DNA of 64,000 nucleotides from Eledone cirrhosa (lineage: Eukaryota): NCBI GenBank assembly GCA_964016885.1, contig OZ024740.1, forward strand, positions 65,782,001-65,846,000. Direction: 5' to 3'. Below the pieces are notes generated by a model. It searched no databases. It worked only from the letters and a program-made list of their open reading frames with translations, and had not been told where the DNA came from. Position 1 is the stretch's first letter, and the number at the start of each line of letters is the position of its first letter. The translations under genes were made by a program, and so were the position numbers. Shown here one piece after another: positions 1 to 13,366 of this stretch.

Positions 1-2079
1 ATGAAATGCAAAGTAGCATAAGGTGTTATTTGAACTCACAGTGCATAATGCCGGATCGAATACAGCAATGATTTCAATCAGACACACTAAGAATCCTGGT
101 AATTTGCTGCATTCGATGTCTCATTTATAGATGATATGATATTTCACTGTATATTCGAACCAATTATTTGTGGCTACTCATTTTTTATTGTTTTTTTCCT
201 TGTGGTGGTTCGGATGCTGCTACCACAGCTAAATGTTTCTAACTGTTCCTGTAATTTATCCGTTTTAATATCAGGGACTCTTAGCCTATGTGTCCATCTT
301 TTTATTGAGTTGCAGTGTGATGTGAGTGGGATTTGACTTCTATTTCTCTCAAATACTTACATAAATTTAGGGCTTTTATGCTGTGCATATAGCTATTTCC
401 ACAGTGCTGTCAGATATAAACATTTTTGCAAAAAAACATATGGTGAAGAACTTTGGGTCGTGTGCTATTCCCCTTTATGATGAGTTGGTGAAATGTCCCC
501 TAATATAGCTTTGGGTTTACCAAAAACTTGCTCAACTGATACTTCATGGAATCCATCCGTATCTATAATTATATAAGCGTGCGTTTCATCTGTCTTTTCG
601 GTACATCACTTTAAACCTATGTGCCTAGAGTTGCGTCTTTCTACTATAAACGCCACGGCAAAATGCCTTACGTTACCGTTCCAACTTACCATGTGATCTG
701 AGACCAACAATCCCGAAACCAACTCCGCTTTATATACTTTCGGGTAGGATGAAATAAAAAGCAGTTGATAAGGTGATAGACGGAATTCTTATTGCATCGA
801 TGGCTTGAAGTATTTTTAGTAGTTTTCTGCGTTCCGAATTTCTGGATGATAGATCTACTCTGTTTTTCACACTATCACTTTTTATTATTCCTGGCCTTTA
901 GCACTGATCAGTCTGTTGCAATAATTCGAGCTTGCTCTGTTTAATTATAATTTCGTCCCTTACGTCACAAAATTGCGGGGTAAAAAAAACAAAACAATGT
1001 CTCATAGGCAATACATTTCCCTAAGAAACCAATGGATGAACAAACGGCTAATTGTAACCATTTCATTGTTATCCATACAATTAATAACAGCTGGAAATAT
1101 ATACTAGGAAATTTGATTGATTAAACACCTCGTTGGTGATTCCCTAAAATAGCGCACAACTGAGGGAAACCAATGAAATAAATAAATGAAGAGAATAAAA
1201 CATGCACCGCCAGCTGCAAGATATAAACTGAAAATCGATTACATGTTTGACCAGAAGATATTTAATCTTGGAATGTCCATCTCTGTACTTTATACAAATG
1301 TAATTTGAACATAATTATTTACAATTTACAATAAGCCTTTATAGCTTTAGTAAATATTGGTTCGCTTCATTGAAACAGTGAATTATTCCAACTATAATAT
1401 ATAAATTGTCTACTTAGTAATAAACGATCATGCTAATCTTGCAATATTTTTCGTCGATTAAGCAATATTTATATAACCAATGTCATTTCACCCTTTCAAA
1501 ATGGAAGTGCTATGATTTGGAAAATATTTCTTATTGTGGGCATTCGTGCATAAGTATTTCTATTAGACGGATTTGACAGAACTTGGAACAAATATACCTA
1601 ATATTGATTTATCTTAGCAAATACTATCATTGTGTTTTAAGAAAGGAGATGGAAAATAAAGAGAGAAGATTACTGATGAGGATATTAATGGATAGGGAAG
1701 GAAAACTACCAAAGCATCGATACACACAGATGCATGCATGCACATGCACACATTTTCAATATGCCTACGTACATACAGACAGATGTACAGAGTAACAGAC
1801 ATGCATACAGCAGCCAGATCTCCTTCAAATCTAACACTATAATTTTGCATAAAAGTTATTGGCCAATATATATTCGAATACACAATATATGTCAGAAATC
1901 CGATTTCTGCGATTATATACATACACACAGGGATACGATCTGTTCTCTGACAGTTTCAATAAAATATATATGTATAATATATTCGAATATATAGGAATAC
2001 ATTGCCCTACATTTTTGTAATGTTCATGTATACCGTGTGATTTGAGGGAGATTTGCTGATCATACATGTTCGATTTCCC

Positions 2080-2340
2080 GTGTTCTTTTTATAATGGATA
2101 TATTTCATTTAATGTGGACGCAATATGCCCAAATGATCATGAAGTTTGTTTCACAATTATAAGGAACCGGATTCGTGTCATCTTTGGAAAATGTTTACTA
2201 TAGTCCCACGTCATCCCAAACACTATAAGAGAAGTTGGTTAGACGGAAACTATTAATAGAGCCGCCCGATAGACAATTTTACTTCATTGAGCCATTCATG
2301 TCACACATCATGTGACGATGGATTTTCATGCGAATTTCTG
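2080..2340 (-). mobile_element. Possible very old Tc1/mariner transposase remnant
   Basis: Minus-strand fragments HEWLNE..IGR and YSVW resemble the W.....GR....WP..SPDL..LDY.VW region. Heavily decayed. Confidence 0.25.
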
Positions 2341-3039
2341 TGAAGTCCATACGGTTCTGTGAAAAGCACAATCATATGCAATTTAATTTCAGAAGGTTGA
2401 TCCGTTGATCGAACAAATGAAAGAAAACACCTGAGGTCAATTTATATGATTCACTTAATGATGGTGTCACAGGTTGTTTGGAGAACAGCGGGTGCTTTCC
2501 TGGTTACTTACATATGACATAATAATATTAACTAAATATAATTACATATTGAGACTGAGTCCTATTAATTATTTGAGGAGTATAAGGTTGTGGCTATCAC
2601 CTTCACTGTGGTTTGTATTTGTCACATTTCCGGAACAGAATATATTAGAATATATTACATGGAAATTATTTAGGAAGCCTTGAGCTTGATACAAGCCGCT
2701 TGTTTTGTTTCTCATAACAATTTGAAATTCAATATAATTATCAAGCATTTCTTTCTTTCATTGCTATAGCTTGTACTTTGTAAATCTGACATATGCCTAA
2801 ATCCTTTGTATTATCTCCCAGATTCAGTAGCTCTTTTCATCTTTACAGTTTCCCTTTCTTTTTATGTTGAGTCTTACTTTTTTTCACCAAAACCATAAAT
2901 GTTGTCAAATGTAGGCTATGTTTTGTGCAGTTTATGAAACTATGAAAGAGAAAATGGGCGAAGCAATTGCTAAATATTTCCCTAAATAAATCTACTGCTG
3001 TAAATATCCATATCTAGGGTTGCTCAGTTCTTTGAGGAC

Positions 3040-3560
3040 ATTACCATGAATTTAGTAAAAGACGCATATGTTATGAACGAAGTATTATATTTGAGACGAT
3101 ATTGGCATGACAAATTGTGAGAATCATTTTGAGGCATCTCATCAATAAATCCACCTTTTGTATCGATGACTGCTGCAATACGAGTTCTGATAATATTTAA
3201 CTATTTTTGACATTATGATTGTTCTGGCGGTCTTATAAACTACACTACATAAGCCGTACTTCAGGGATGAAAAGGCCATCCATGTTTGGTGTTGTGATTG
3301 TCGAGCTTGTAAATATCCATTCTTGGGCCGTCTTGCCATAATAATATGGTGCAGAGACCTGTTGGTAGGTATAATGTCTTGTTACGTTCAATCTCTCTAT
3401 CCAAATCATCACAATCCTTTCTAACACCTCCTTAAAGCCAGCCACATTGACCCTTAAGACCTGGGGAAGGAAGTGGGGATGCTGGTTGTCACTATTCGAT
3501 TAACTCAATGGTACTGTGCACAATGCCTCAACTTAAAAGATACAGATTTCGAAAGTCGAC
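3040..3560 (-). mobile_element. Degraded Tc1/mariner (DD37D/maT-like) transposase fragment
   Basis: Minus strand reads PHFLPQVLRVNVAGFKEVLERIVMIWIER..YTYQQVSAP...KTAQEW..TTPNM. This matches the catalytic region PHFF..GLRVN..Y.EVL..VV.PW....YVFQQDSAP.H...TQEW of this family. Stops and frameshifts are present. Confidence 0.7.
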
Positions 3561-3686
3561 ACAGATGCTGCACAAATATAGGGTATTTTATCCGACACGT
3601 TAAGGTCCTGTTCCTGCTGTTTCAAGCGTTTACCCAATATATTCCTTTCATACACTGTACCAATTGTGTTGTTATTTCTGTTTATC

Positions 3687-3690
<4 letters not shown>

Positions 3691-3780
<90 letters not shown>
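3691..3780. repeat. Compound (CA)n(TA)n microsatellite, representative of dozens in the window
   Basis: Direct reading. Similar tracts occur at 7376, 12083, 13135, 14380, 16515, 19893, 22936, 24969, 25508, 25840, 30440, 30870, 41329, 42792 and 61616. Confidence 0.97.
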
Positions 3781-3784
<4 letters not shown>

Positions 3785-4230
3785 GGAAAAACGGAAAAAA
3801 TGAAACGAAATTTCATTTCCCACTCTTAGTACGGCTGTTACTTAAATATAAGTATGTACACGTACATACATATATGTATACATACGTACAGTAGTATGTA
3901 TATATATATATACATACATGCACACATATATATATGTACGTATGGATTCACCGAACATTTATTATAATGCTCGGTGTGTTTATAAACAAACATCCCGTAT
4001 TAAGCCGTAGTGTCCAGCAACCATCGTTGCTCGTTTGTTCAACACTGACAAAGGAACGCTGTACTAGTTTCAAGCTTATTAGCCATCGTCAGCAACGTAT
4101 ACCTTCCTGCCAGATTGTAAACGTATATACTTACCTTATGCATAATAACGGCTGAGTAGCCCAATTTGCATATCAAGTGGGTTAATCGGCCGGGTGCACC
4201 GAAAACGATAAACGGAAAAACGGAAAAATA
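3781..4230 (-). mobile_element. Non-coding PLE-type pLTR element with hammerhead, between (TA)n tracts
   Basis: Homologous in reverse orientation to 61730-62050. Carries an HHR at 4057-4097 and AAACGGAAAAACGGAAAAA at both ends. Confidence 0.65.
4057..4097 (-). ncRNA. Minimal type I hammerhead ribozyme
   Basis: CGUUG-CUGACGA-U-GGCU(AAUA)AGCU-U-GAAA-CUAG-UA/CAGCG: stem I, core, stem II, palindromic stem III and a GUA site. Confidence 0.75.
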
Positions 4231-4244
4231 TATATATACATATA

Positions 4245-4291
<47 letters not shown>

Positions 4292-4334
4292 AATGAATAA
4301 TAACAGACATCATAAAAAAGTAATTTATTCCGTG

Positions 4335-4446
4335 TGCTTACAAATGTTTCCACGGTGGTAATACAGCCTAGTTATGCTATGTGCAAATTTACAACTATTT
4401 GCAGAACACAAATATCAAATGCTGTGACCACTGTATCCTCAGAGCA
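4335..4446 (-). ncRNA. Type I hammerhead ribozyme with long (~85 nt) stem II
   Basis: UGCU-CUGAGGA-UACAGUGGUCACAGC...GCUGUAUUACCACCGUG-GAAA-CAUUUG-UA/AGCA at the 3' end of the PLE. Confidence 0.75.
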
Positions 4447-4941
4447 GAATGGTTAAAATGTACAATGTAAATACCCTTAAGTGGCGTTATTGGAGAAGAT
4501 AGAGTAGAAAAGGAAGAGAGAAAAGTAGGGGAGAGGGAGAGAGAGAAAAAAATATGCAGGGGTTGGAGAAATAGGAGAGAGTGGTTTGTAGATATCTTAA
4601 TCAATGTTATGGTAGGGGTTTTATTATACTGGTTACTTTTAGAGAGATGCGTTGATAGTCAAGGTCGGAATTATTTATTGTCCCAGAGGGCAGGTTCATA
4701 GATGTGGAGAGGGAGGGAGGTAGGCCAAAGGCGAGAGAGAGAGAGTGGAATGGATGTAGAGAGAGAGAGATAGAGAGGGGACAGACGAAGTCTATGTGGT
4801 GGGTGAACTTAGGGTTCGTAGTAGTAATCTGCGAATTGCACTGAGTTACCATTTATAGTGATAAGCAGTGTATTGTCTTGTAGTGTGGGGGAAGAGAAGG
4901 TGGTTAGCTAGAAAGCGATGTTATAGTTACGGGTTCGAATG

Positions 4942-5337
4942 TTAAGTTATTTTATAGTGAGAGAATTTAGCTTTTAGTTTGTTGTTGCAGTATAATGATC
5001 TTTCGATTCTATCGTTAAGTAGTTTGTTTTGGGATTTTAATATGTAAAAGAGTTCAAGGTTACATAACCTACAGTACTTCAATCCACTCCGGTATGCACT
5101 TGCGCTGGAAAGTATATCCCATTTTAAGGTGAACTGTTGGTTGCATTCGCGGAGTTGCCACGTCTTGTTGGCGAGCGTGGTCACAAAACGGTGATCAGGA
5201 TGTTTGATTGAGAATCGATGACGGTACCAGCGAGATTTCAACGAGGTGGTGGTAGATCCGATATAATACCATTTCTGGTCGTTCGATTCAACCGTGCATT
5301 GGTAAACAATGTTGGAATTTAGGCATTCATTCTTCAA
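4942..5337 (-). pseudogene. GIY-YIG endonuclease domain of PLE
   Basis: NIVYQC...YYIGSTTTSLKSRWYRH...W..L......CRLCNLE in the ORF track. Confidence 0.9.
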
Positions 5338-7372
5338 TGGACATATTTCAGGTAGATGGCAGCTTCATTCTTTGTTGTGGGTAGCGGGTATACCATGGAT
5401 AGGTTGTGATAGCAGTACAGGTGGGTTGTGTAATACCCGTCTCCCATTCAGTGGTTGGGAAGCAGATATTACGTTCTGCCCATCTGTTACCAAAATATTT
5501 CGTTTTGTAGTGTTGTTTAATTGCTTTAAGTTAAGTTTTTTATGTATGCTTCAAGGTTTGGTGCCGTGGAGTATGATAGTCTAATAGTTTTAGAGTTCAG
5601 AATTTTACTGTAGTTATGGGAACTAGGGAAATGTTTGTTGATTAACTTAAAGAATGAAAGAGATAGTTTTGTACTAATCGAGGCATTAAAAATAGGATTA
5701 TACCAGATAGACGTTCTACAACGTGATTTATTTGGTGGTGATTTTCTATTATTAGTATGTCTGGTGGTACTGTGTGTGTGCGCTTGTATTTTAGTCCCCC
5801 GGTTACCTATTCCTTGATTTCGTGTAGAGCTATGTGTGTTATGGAGATTCCTATCAATGTATTCTATTGTATCCCGGTGGTCGGCATTCCTTAATGCATT
5901 ATTATAGTATTCAGCGTGTTCACTAAAAATATCAGAGTTAGACGATATGCGAGAGATTCTAAGAGAAATACTCCGGGGAACCGATTTGATCATGGAGAGT
6001 GGGTGGTTTGAGTTAAAGTTGATATACGTAAGGTTCTCATTCATCTTGTGGAAGGGTCGTATCTGTCCGGTATTTAAATTAAGAGTTACGTCCAGAAAGT
6101 TTACTACTTTAAGATTGTATTCGTATGTTATTTTTAGACCCAGTTCTCTAAAATATTTTCTAATATTTTTCCGTAGCCTTTCAAGATTTTGGTTATTCAA
6201 GATAATAAGAGCCCGTCATCTCTGTATACCCCCCCCCCCTCCTGTAGATTACTAAATTTACTATGTAGTATGTGGGCTATGTAAATTCCCACAAGATCCG
6301 TGACCTCCGCTGAATCGTTGGAACCCATGGTAATGTCGAAGTTTGTGGGTCTGTCATTACGTTCCCAGTAGCAGTTATCGAACTTAATAATAGTTTTTCT
6401 AGCCTCGAGAATAATATTAATTTCGTCCTCCGTTAGGTCGGAATTGACTTTAGCAAACGATAGGGCCTTACGTAAAGTGCTTGGTGAGATTGAAGATTAG
6501 TATTCGTCTATGTCAAATTGTATGAACTTAGATTTATTCTTATTCGTTATTTATTCTTATTCTTAACGTTATTAAACCAGCGAATTGCTTCGCTAGTGTT
6601 GCCCCATAATTTAATTTCTATTTTCTTTTTCACTTGAGTTATTACTCTGTCAACTATATGTTTGCTAATTTTTCCTATGTCTGATTTAGAAGGGCATATA
6701 AGTCTAATCTTAGGGTTAGAGTCAAAATTTACCTTATGGTCCTTGAGGTTGAAGCGGGTATAATCGGCTCTGTTCTATCGTCTATCTTGAGATTCTTCAC
6801 CACTTTGTATGCCTCGTTGTTAATATTTGCTAGCGTAGTTTCATTTGTTTTTCTATATTTTGTGTGTAGTTCGTTGCGTATGAAGTTATTGTACGTATCG
6901 ATATCCATGGTATACACGTTAGAGGTCTTGTGAGCTTTCACAACAATTCCATTGGTATTTTGCAGTCTTCGGAGTAGTGCTTTCATGTTGCTCTGCACCT
7001 CATTACTTCTATGTTTGTTAAATGGTCGTTTTCATTAGATCTTGTTCGAAAGCATCGAGATGGGGGTTTGTGGGTGGGATTTTATATGATTTAAAACCAT
7101 ATGATTCAGACGAGTGACTGGCGCGTCCCTTATCGAAATAGAAAGCTTTCCATCGTGCACGCCGAATGAAGTCATTATTGCGTTGAATCATACTAAGAAT
7201 ATATTCCCTTTTGTTAGGTATAGGTATGTTTTAAGTGACATACCTATATGATGCCTTTCCATATTAATGCCGTGTGTCGGTGCGGTTGCTCAACTGTGTA
7301 GGACCTCTCACCGTACGTCAACCATATCCAGTGTAGTAATTAAATATTACTACATGTAGGATAATCCTATAC

Positions 7373-7434
<62 letters not shown>

Positions 7435-7436
<2 letters not shown>

Positions 7437-8976
7437 AACCAGTAAGACCCCGACAGCTGAGCTCAAGCCGTTTCGACGGCTAATTCTGGACTAAATGAAA
7501 ATTTATCCTGGTATTTAAATAGCCGATCTTCTCAAGGGGTAATTCCATATATGGTCAAAGTGATTGTCAAAAATCAGTAGTAATTCTGTGGTTGCAAATT
7601 AGTAGGGGAGATGGTGGCTAAACCTGCCAGTAGGAGAAAGAGGGGAGGAGGTGGAGTAGACCCAAACAAGCGTTGGTAGTGCCAGCTACAGCTGGGCATG
7701 AGGTCAAAGAAGATACAGGGGAGGGGGAGGGGGAGGAAGTCGGAACGGTAGGTAGAACAATGGGGGGTAGAGATATATAGGAAAGAAAAAATACTGAGAG
7801 TGAAGAAAAGCAAATAAGTGTAAAGAAAAAAGTAAAGTAAATTAAATTCTACGACCTAGGTCTCTAGCTATTGTTAGGCTAAAATAAATAAATAAAGAAA
7901 GAAAGAAAGAAGTAAAGAAAGAAATAAAGAAATAACGAAATAAGTAAAAGAACTAGGTGGGACGAATAGGCAAGGACCCTTTTAAGAGGTATAAGTACGT
8001 AAATGATACGGTGACGGGTCAACAAAAGGGGCCAAAATACTAAAGAGACTACCACGAAATAAACAATAAAGGTTTCCATCCCGGGCACAATGCCAGCAAC
8101 CACCCAGTGCAGCAAAGTGAACTAGTACGAGATAATAATTCTGAGTCCCGAAGAAAAATATATACTAATGCTAACTCTAAAAGATCTAAAACAAGCTACA
8201 TGAAAGTTCGTACGAAGCAAAGGTAGAATACGGAAAAATAAATTCAGAATCCACCCCGCCCAAAAGAAAAGCGAAGAAAGAAATACTGAAACGAAAAAAT
8301 AAGGCATAAGTGCCACTAAGAAATATAGAGGGCACAGAGAATAGTGGGAGCGGTCGGAAAAAGGGGACAAATATCCGGGGTCTTGTTTCTTTTTCAGTCT
8401 TATTTCTTTATTTCTTTCTTTACTTCTTTCTTTCTTTATTTATTTATTCTAGCCTAACAATAGCTAGAGACCTAGGTCGTAGAATTTAATTTACTTTACT
8501 TTTTTCTTTACACTTATTTGCTTTTCTTCACTCTCAGTATTTTTTCTTTCCTATATATCTCTACCCCCCATTGTTCTACCTACCGTTCCGACTTCCTCCC
8601 CCTCCCCCTCCCCTGTATCTTCTTTGACCTCATGCCCAGCTCTAGCTGGCACTACCAACGCTTGTTTGGGTCTACTCCACCCCCTCCCCTCTTTCTCCTA
8701 CTGGCAGGTTTAGCCACCATCTCCCCTACTAATTTGCAACCACAGAATTACTACTGATTTTTGACAATCACTTTGACCATATATGGAATTACCCCTTGAG
8801 AAGATCGGCTATTTAAATACCAGGATAAATTTTCATTTAGTCCAGAATTAGCCGTCGAAACGGCTTGAACTCAGCTGTCGGGGTCTTACTGGTTCATATT
8901 ACCCACTCTACTACCTCAAGTATTGAGTACTTTGGTGCGTTATGGTCCACCTGGTTCCTTACCACATTTCCTTCGT
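7435..8976 (+). mobile_element. Fold-back non-autonomous PLE-type element (family F1, long form)
   Basis: Inverted arms of about 500 bp (7435-7935 vs 8400-8895), a unique spacer, an ~80-nt tail at 8896-8976, and (TA)n on both sides. The near-identical 79-aa spurious ORFs on opposite strands confirm the inversion. Confidence 0.85.
8791..8884 (+). ncRNA. Type I hammerhead ribozyme with U3:A8 core variant (mirror copy on minus strand about 7447-7540)
   Basis: ACCCC-UUGAGAA-GAUCGGCUA...UAGCCGUC-GAAA-CGGCUUGAACUCAGCU-GUC/GGGGU. Confidence 0.7.
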
Positions 8977-9104
8977 TATATATATATATATATATAGTTA
9001 TACTTGGGGAGGGTCATATTTGTGTAATAATATTGCCAGAATTAATAACAGACATATCAAAAACCTCGTAAAACTAATTCATCGCCGTTATATATATATA
9101 TACG

Positions 9105-9232
9105 TCCCTTTACGATCTGAGTTCAAATCCCGCCGAGGTTGACTTTGCCTTTCATCCTTACGGGGTCGATAAAATAAAGTACAATAATGCACTGGGTAAT
9201 TACTGGCCTTGTGCCTAAAGTAGAATCAGTTA
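9105..9232 (+). mobile_element. 5'-truncated tRNA-derived SINE (Meta-domain-like)
   Basis: GAGTTCAAATCC B-box plus GCCTTTCATCCTTACGGGGTCGATAAAATAAAGTAC and a GGCCTTGTGCC tail. Multicopy in this window. Confidence 0.75.
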
Positions 9233-10363
9233 TATATATATATATATATATGTAATAAGGCTAAATAATGCGTCAAAGCCCCCATCTAGTATGCGTAATA
9301 GTGACGGTATATCTGTTATGTTACTTATCTTTAAGGCAATGCTAAGGTAGCCGACATTATGTGATACTTGAATTCTCGAAAAATACAAGATATATTTATA
9401 AACTGTCTACCCATACTCCAGTGATCTTAATTCTAGTCCCTGAAATCCGTCCTAAGTTTGCTGATTTATCTTCCACTAAAAATATATTTAATATGGCAGC
9501 CCATTACTATAACAAAGCATTTCCAGAAAACAACTTCACACCGGTTGCAATCAATTATCCAGCGAGCAGAGAACGATGAATCGATATACCACATGACCAG
9601 TTTAAACAAAGGTACTATTCATGTATCACAATTTTAAAACACGAGGTATTGAGGATAAACACGGAATTGGCTAAACTTGCATCGTAAATGAAAGATAAAT
9701 GTATGCAATACAATGAGTTCACATTAATTGTAAAATTAAAGATAATACAGGGACTAAAAATTGTCTGGTAAATACTTAAATGCAAAAATCAATTACTTAG
9801 AGAATGCCCACATCTGAGATGATATATCCTTTCAGGATGGAAGAATAGCGGATCAGACAAACAAGACAGCATTATCTTATATCCATCTTAGTCAAATAAA
9901 TTGGTCGTAGGCCTACACACACACCTTGGTGCACCCAAACACGGTTAAATACAATAAGCTATATAAATAATATACACATAAACATCACGTACACCTTTAA
10001 CAATAAATCTATATCATACTACAGCTATATCAGTAATATACACAAAAATACTCTCTTCCTCACACAAAAGCACACACATGCACCTTTACCGATAATATGC
10101 TTTAGTTCTGTACTTAACATGCATCGCTCTTTTTCTTTTAGCTAATCTTCGGAAACTCTTAACACTATGTTTATGTTAATACAGTTATATATAAAGGCAT
10201 ACACAATTAAACATAAATAAATCTCGTTATAAGAGTTTTAAGCTGCGATCATGGCACAACAATCACACTGCTTGTGCAAGAACGCCAAGCACAAGAGTTT
10301 AAAGTTATATTTATCCCTCATCATTGTCGTTTATTAACTCGGTATTAAGATGAGAAACGTCTA

Positions 10364-11277
10364 TCTATATATATATACAATTGAGGATGTCTGTCTGTGT
10401 GTGTGTCAGTTTGAATCCCTAAATCTCGAGAACCACCCAACCGACTGTTTTCAAACTTTACACGTATAATACTTATGTTTCATGGAGTGTTCTGAGCAAA
10501 AAAGAATTTCAAATGTTCAATGCCCTAGCGACCGCATTAGACGATTTAGCGATCTCTCTCTATAATTCTTAGTCTTTCTCTTTTTAGATAGATACATATA
10601 TATAACGTCGCTCCCTTATAATATCTGTCTGTATGTCTGCTGTCTGCATTACGTCACTTCCCTGGGGTTGTCTGTGGGTGTGTGTCTGTGAGTTTGAATC
10701 CCTAAAACTCGAGAAGTAGCTAACCGACCTTTTTCAAACTTTACATATGTATTACTTATGTTTCACGGAGTGTTATGCACATAAAATTAAACTTTTTGAT
10801 CCCCTAGTATTAAGTGAAAAACTGCGTTTTTTCAGGTTTTTAGTTTTTTTTTGAGTTGTTACGTCAGACTGATTTCCTTGAAATTGTAACTATATATTAG
10901 TCTCTCTTTTCTTCATACCGTGAGCAAAAAAAACAACTTTTCTATGGCCTATGGGCCCCATTAGGTGAAATACTTCATTTTTTCAGCTTTTTAGGGCTTT
11001 TTTGAGGCGTTACGTCTAGCCGATTTTCCCAAAATTTCAAGGCATATTATGCACATAAAAAAAATTCATTTTCTTGATCCCCTAGGGCCCGCATTAGGTG
11101 AAAACTTGCATTTTTCCTGCTTCATAAAGGAAAATCTTAAAGATTATCTAGCCATCAGAGTATTCGGTTTATTTTCTTTACATATTGTCCACGTATGCAG
11201 TTTTTCCACAATTATCTCTATTGGCGGCCCGCATTCCAAAATACGTTATCCCGTGCAACGCCGGGTACCACTGCTAG
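10364..11277 (+). mobile_element. Non-autonomous Helitron-like element
   Basis: A|TC 5' end, GTCT repeats, 3' hairpin CCCGTGCAACGCCGGG followed by CTAG|T, internal duplications. Homologous to 47446-48448. Confidence 0.75.
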
Positions 11278-12080
11278 TATGTTATATAATCAGATCATAG
11301 ACTTAATATGTAGAATTTTTGCTTGGCAATGAGATGGTCTCCCGATCGATCAAAATATGTGTTATATTTTACAACTGACCTTATCGGAAACATGATTTAT
11401 GAATAAAATTAAATGTACTGAAATCATACATTCGCCTGTTGGATGGATTGTGACGCTTTACTCTGCAAACAGTAACGTTGTTATTGCTCTGAGAGGACCA
11501 GTTAAGTTTGCAACGTTTTATACAATACTCATTTATGTATACGCCAAATCAACGAACTTGTGCATTTAACAATATAATACTTTTCGTCGAAATTGATGGG
11601 TTATCCATTTAGTGTATTTTATGATAAATCTCTGAAGTAAAGGAACTGAAAGACAGACGTTTGGATAGAATAATGCAGTAAATGGTAATAAATAAGAATA
11701 GGCTTAATGATATTATATAATATGGTCGTTTATGGGGTTATAGTGAATTATAGTGTTATTGGAAGTTAATATACAAGGAAAATGGGAAATGTAGATAAAC
11801 TGAATAAATAATCCAGTGAATAAATAGATATGTAATTTACCGAGTGATATTAAGCTAGACAAAAGCCGAATTCACATAATGATAGAAATATAGAGATACA
11901 GAGATTAGGTAGTAGACATATTATATAATATATCAGTTACGGTTGATACGCCAATATCATTTAAATGATAAAACCAAAATGTAGTGGTCTGAGTGGGTTT
12001 TAAATATAAACAATGTATCTGGTATAGAGTTACACACAATCAAACACACTCCATCCTTTCCAAATAAGAAAAACACTCAT

Positions 12081-12375
<295 letters not shown>

Positions 12376-12471
12376 TATATATATATGTATGTAAACAGAA
12401 ATAACAACACAATCGGTACACTATATGGAAGGTATATATTAAGTAAACGCTTGATATAGCAGGAAGAGAGT

Positions 12472-12507
12472 ATTAAAGTTTCGGACGCTAGTCCTTCATC
12501 AGAAGAA
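12472..12507 (-). ncRNA. Partial hammerhead motif
   Basis: CUGAUGA-A-GGAC(UAGC)GUCC-GAAAC is canonical, but I could not resolve stems I and III. Confidence 0.45.
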
Positions 12508-12802
12508 AGAATGAGAAATAAAATAGATTGAGGGGACGGGCGGGATGGAATTTGAAATAATGCCTTTAGATAACAATAACAGGTCCATTTATGTTGACAT
12601 CTCTTGCAAAACTGCTGGTGCTGGCGTTTTGTGTATGATTTGTTTGTTAGAAAAGAGGCTAATGGAGCGCGTCTACCAGTAATGGTAAAAAAAAACGTTT
12701 TGTAAAAAGAGCTATAATTGGACACGTGCGTCAGCATGAGTTTGTGTGTGTCTGCGCGTGTGTGTGTGTGTGTGTATGCGTGTGTGTGTGTGTATGCGTG
12801 TG

Positions 12803-12853
<51 letters not shown>

Positions 12854-12951
12854 TATAATAGGTCTGTACGAAGCTAAGAAGAAATGTGTGTGTGTATATG
12901 TCAGTAAAGGTGTGTGTGTGCATTTAAGTACGAAGCTATGAGCAAATAATA

Positions 12952-13105
12952 TTAATAATAATAAATGTGATGAAGACTAAAACCCGAAGAGGGCCCGATA
13001 AGGATAATATGTATAACATTATATAAAACCGTAGAGCAAATATTTATTAAAATAACAGATTAAAGTTTAAGCAAAGAATCGCTACTTTCACCCTGTTATT
13101 TTAAT
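12952..13105 (-). mobile_element. Hairpin-plus-tail mini-element (family F2)
   Basis: Homologous to 25045-25269 and 25970-26100. Short fold-back ATTAAAATAACAG...CTGTTATTTTAAT ends at TA repeats. Confidence 0.7.
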
Positions 13106-13130
13106 ATATATCTATATCTATCTATCTATC

Positions 13131-13176
<46 letters not shown>

Positions 13177-13178
<2 letters not shown>

Positions 13179-13366
13179 AACGAGTAGGACCCCGACGGCT
13201 GAGCTCAAGCCGTTTCGACGGCTAATTCTGGACTAGATTTAGCCGTCGAAACGGCTTGAGCTCAGCCGTCGGGGTCCTACTCGTTCCTATTACCCACTCT
13301 ACTGCCCTAAGTATTGAGTACTTTGGTGCGTTATGGTCCACTTGGTTCCTTACCACATTTCCTTCG

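Larger units (their letters stand above)
4288..7375 (-). mobile_element. Near full-length decayed Penelope-like retroelement (Naiad-type RT + C-terminal GIY-YIG), flanked by (TA)n
   Basis: Broken ORF about 7260-4942 with N-terminal IPIP...FIRRARWKAFYF and YGFKS..PP. RT motifs are IQFDI and FDITMGS.DSAEVTDLVG, followed by VNFLDVTLNL and SNHP. The linker CPL..EC..NIVY leads into the GIY-YIG motifs YIGSTT..RW..H and CRLC. The 3' UTR ends in an HHR. Confidence 0.92.

Noticed and set aside
355-570. Possible minus-strand exon (TAG acceptor about 563, GTAAGT donor about 360)
   Set aside because: All three frames hit stops and there is no recognisable homology.
7574-8757. Two near-identical 79-aa ORFs on opposite strands
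   Set aside because: They are a by-product of the inverted arms, with low-complexity pyrimidine-rich sequence and no recognisable domain.
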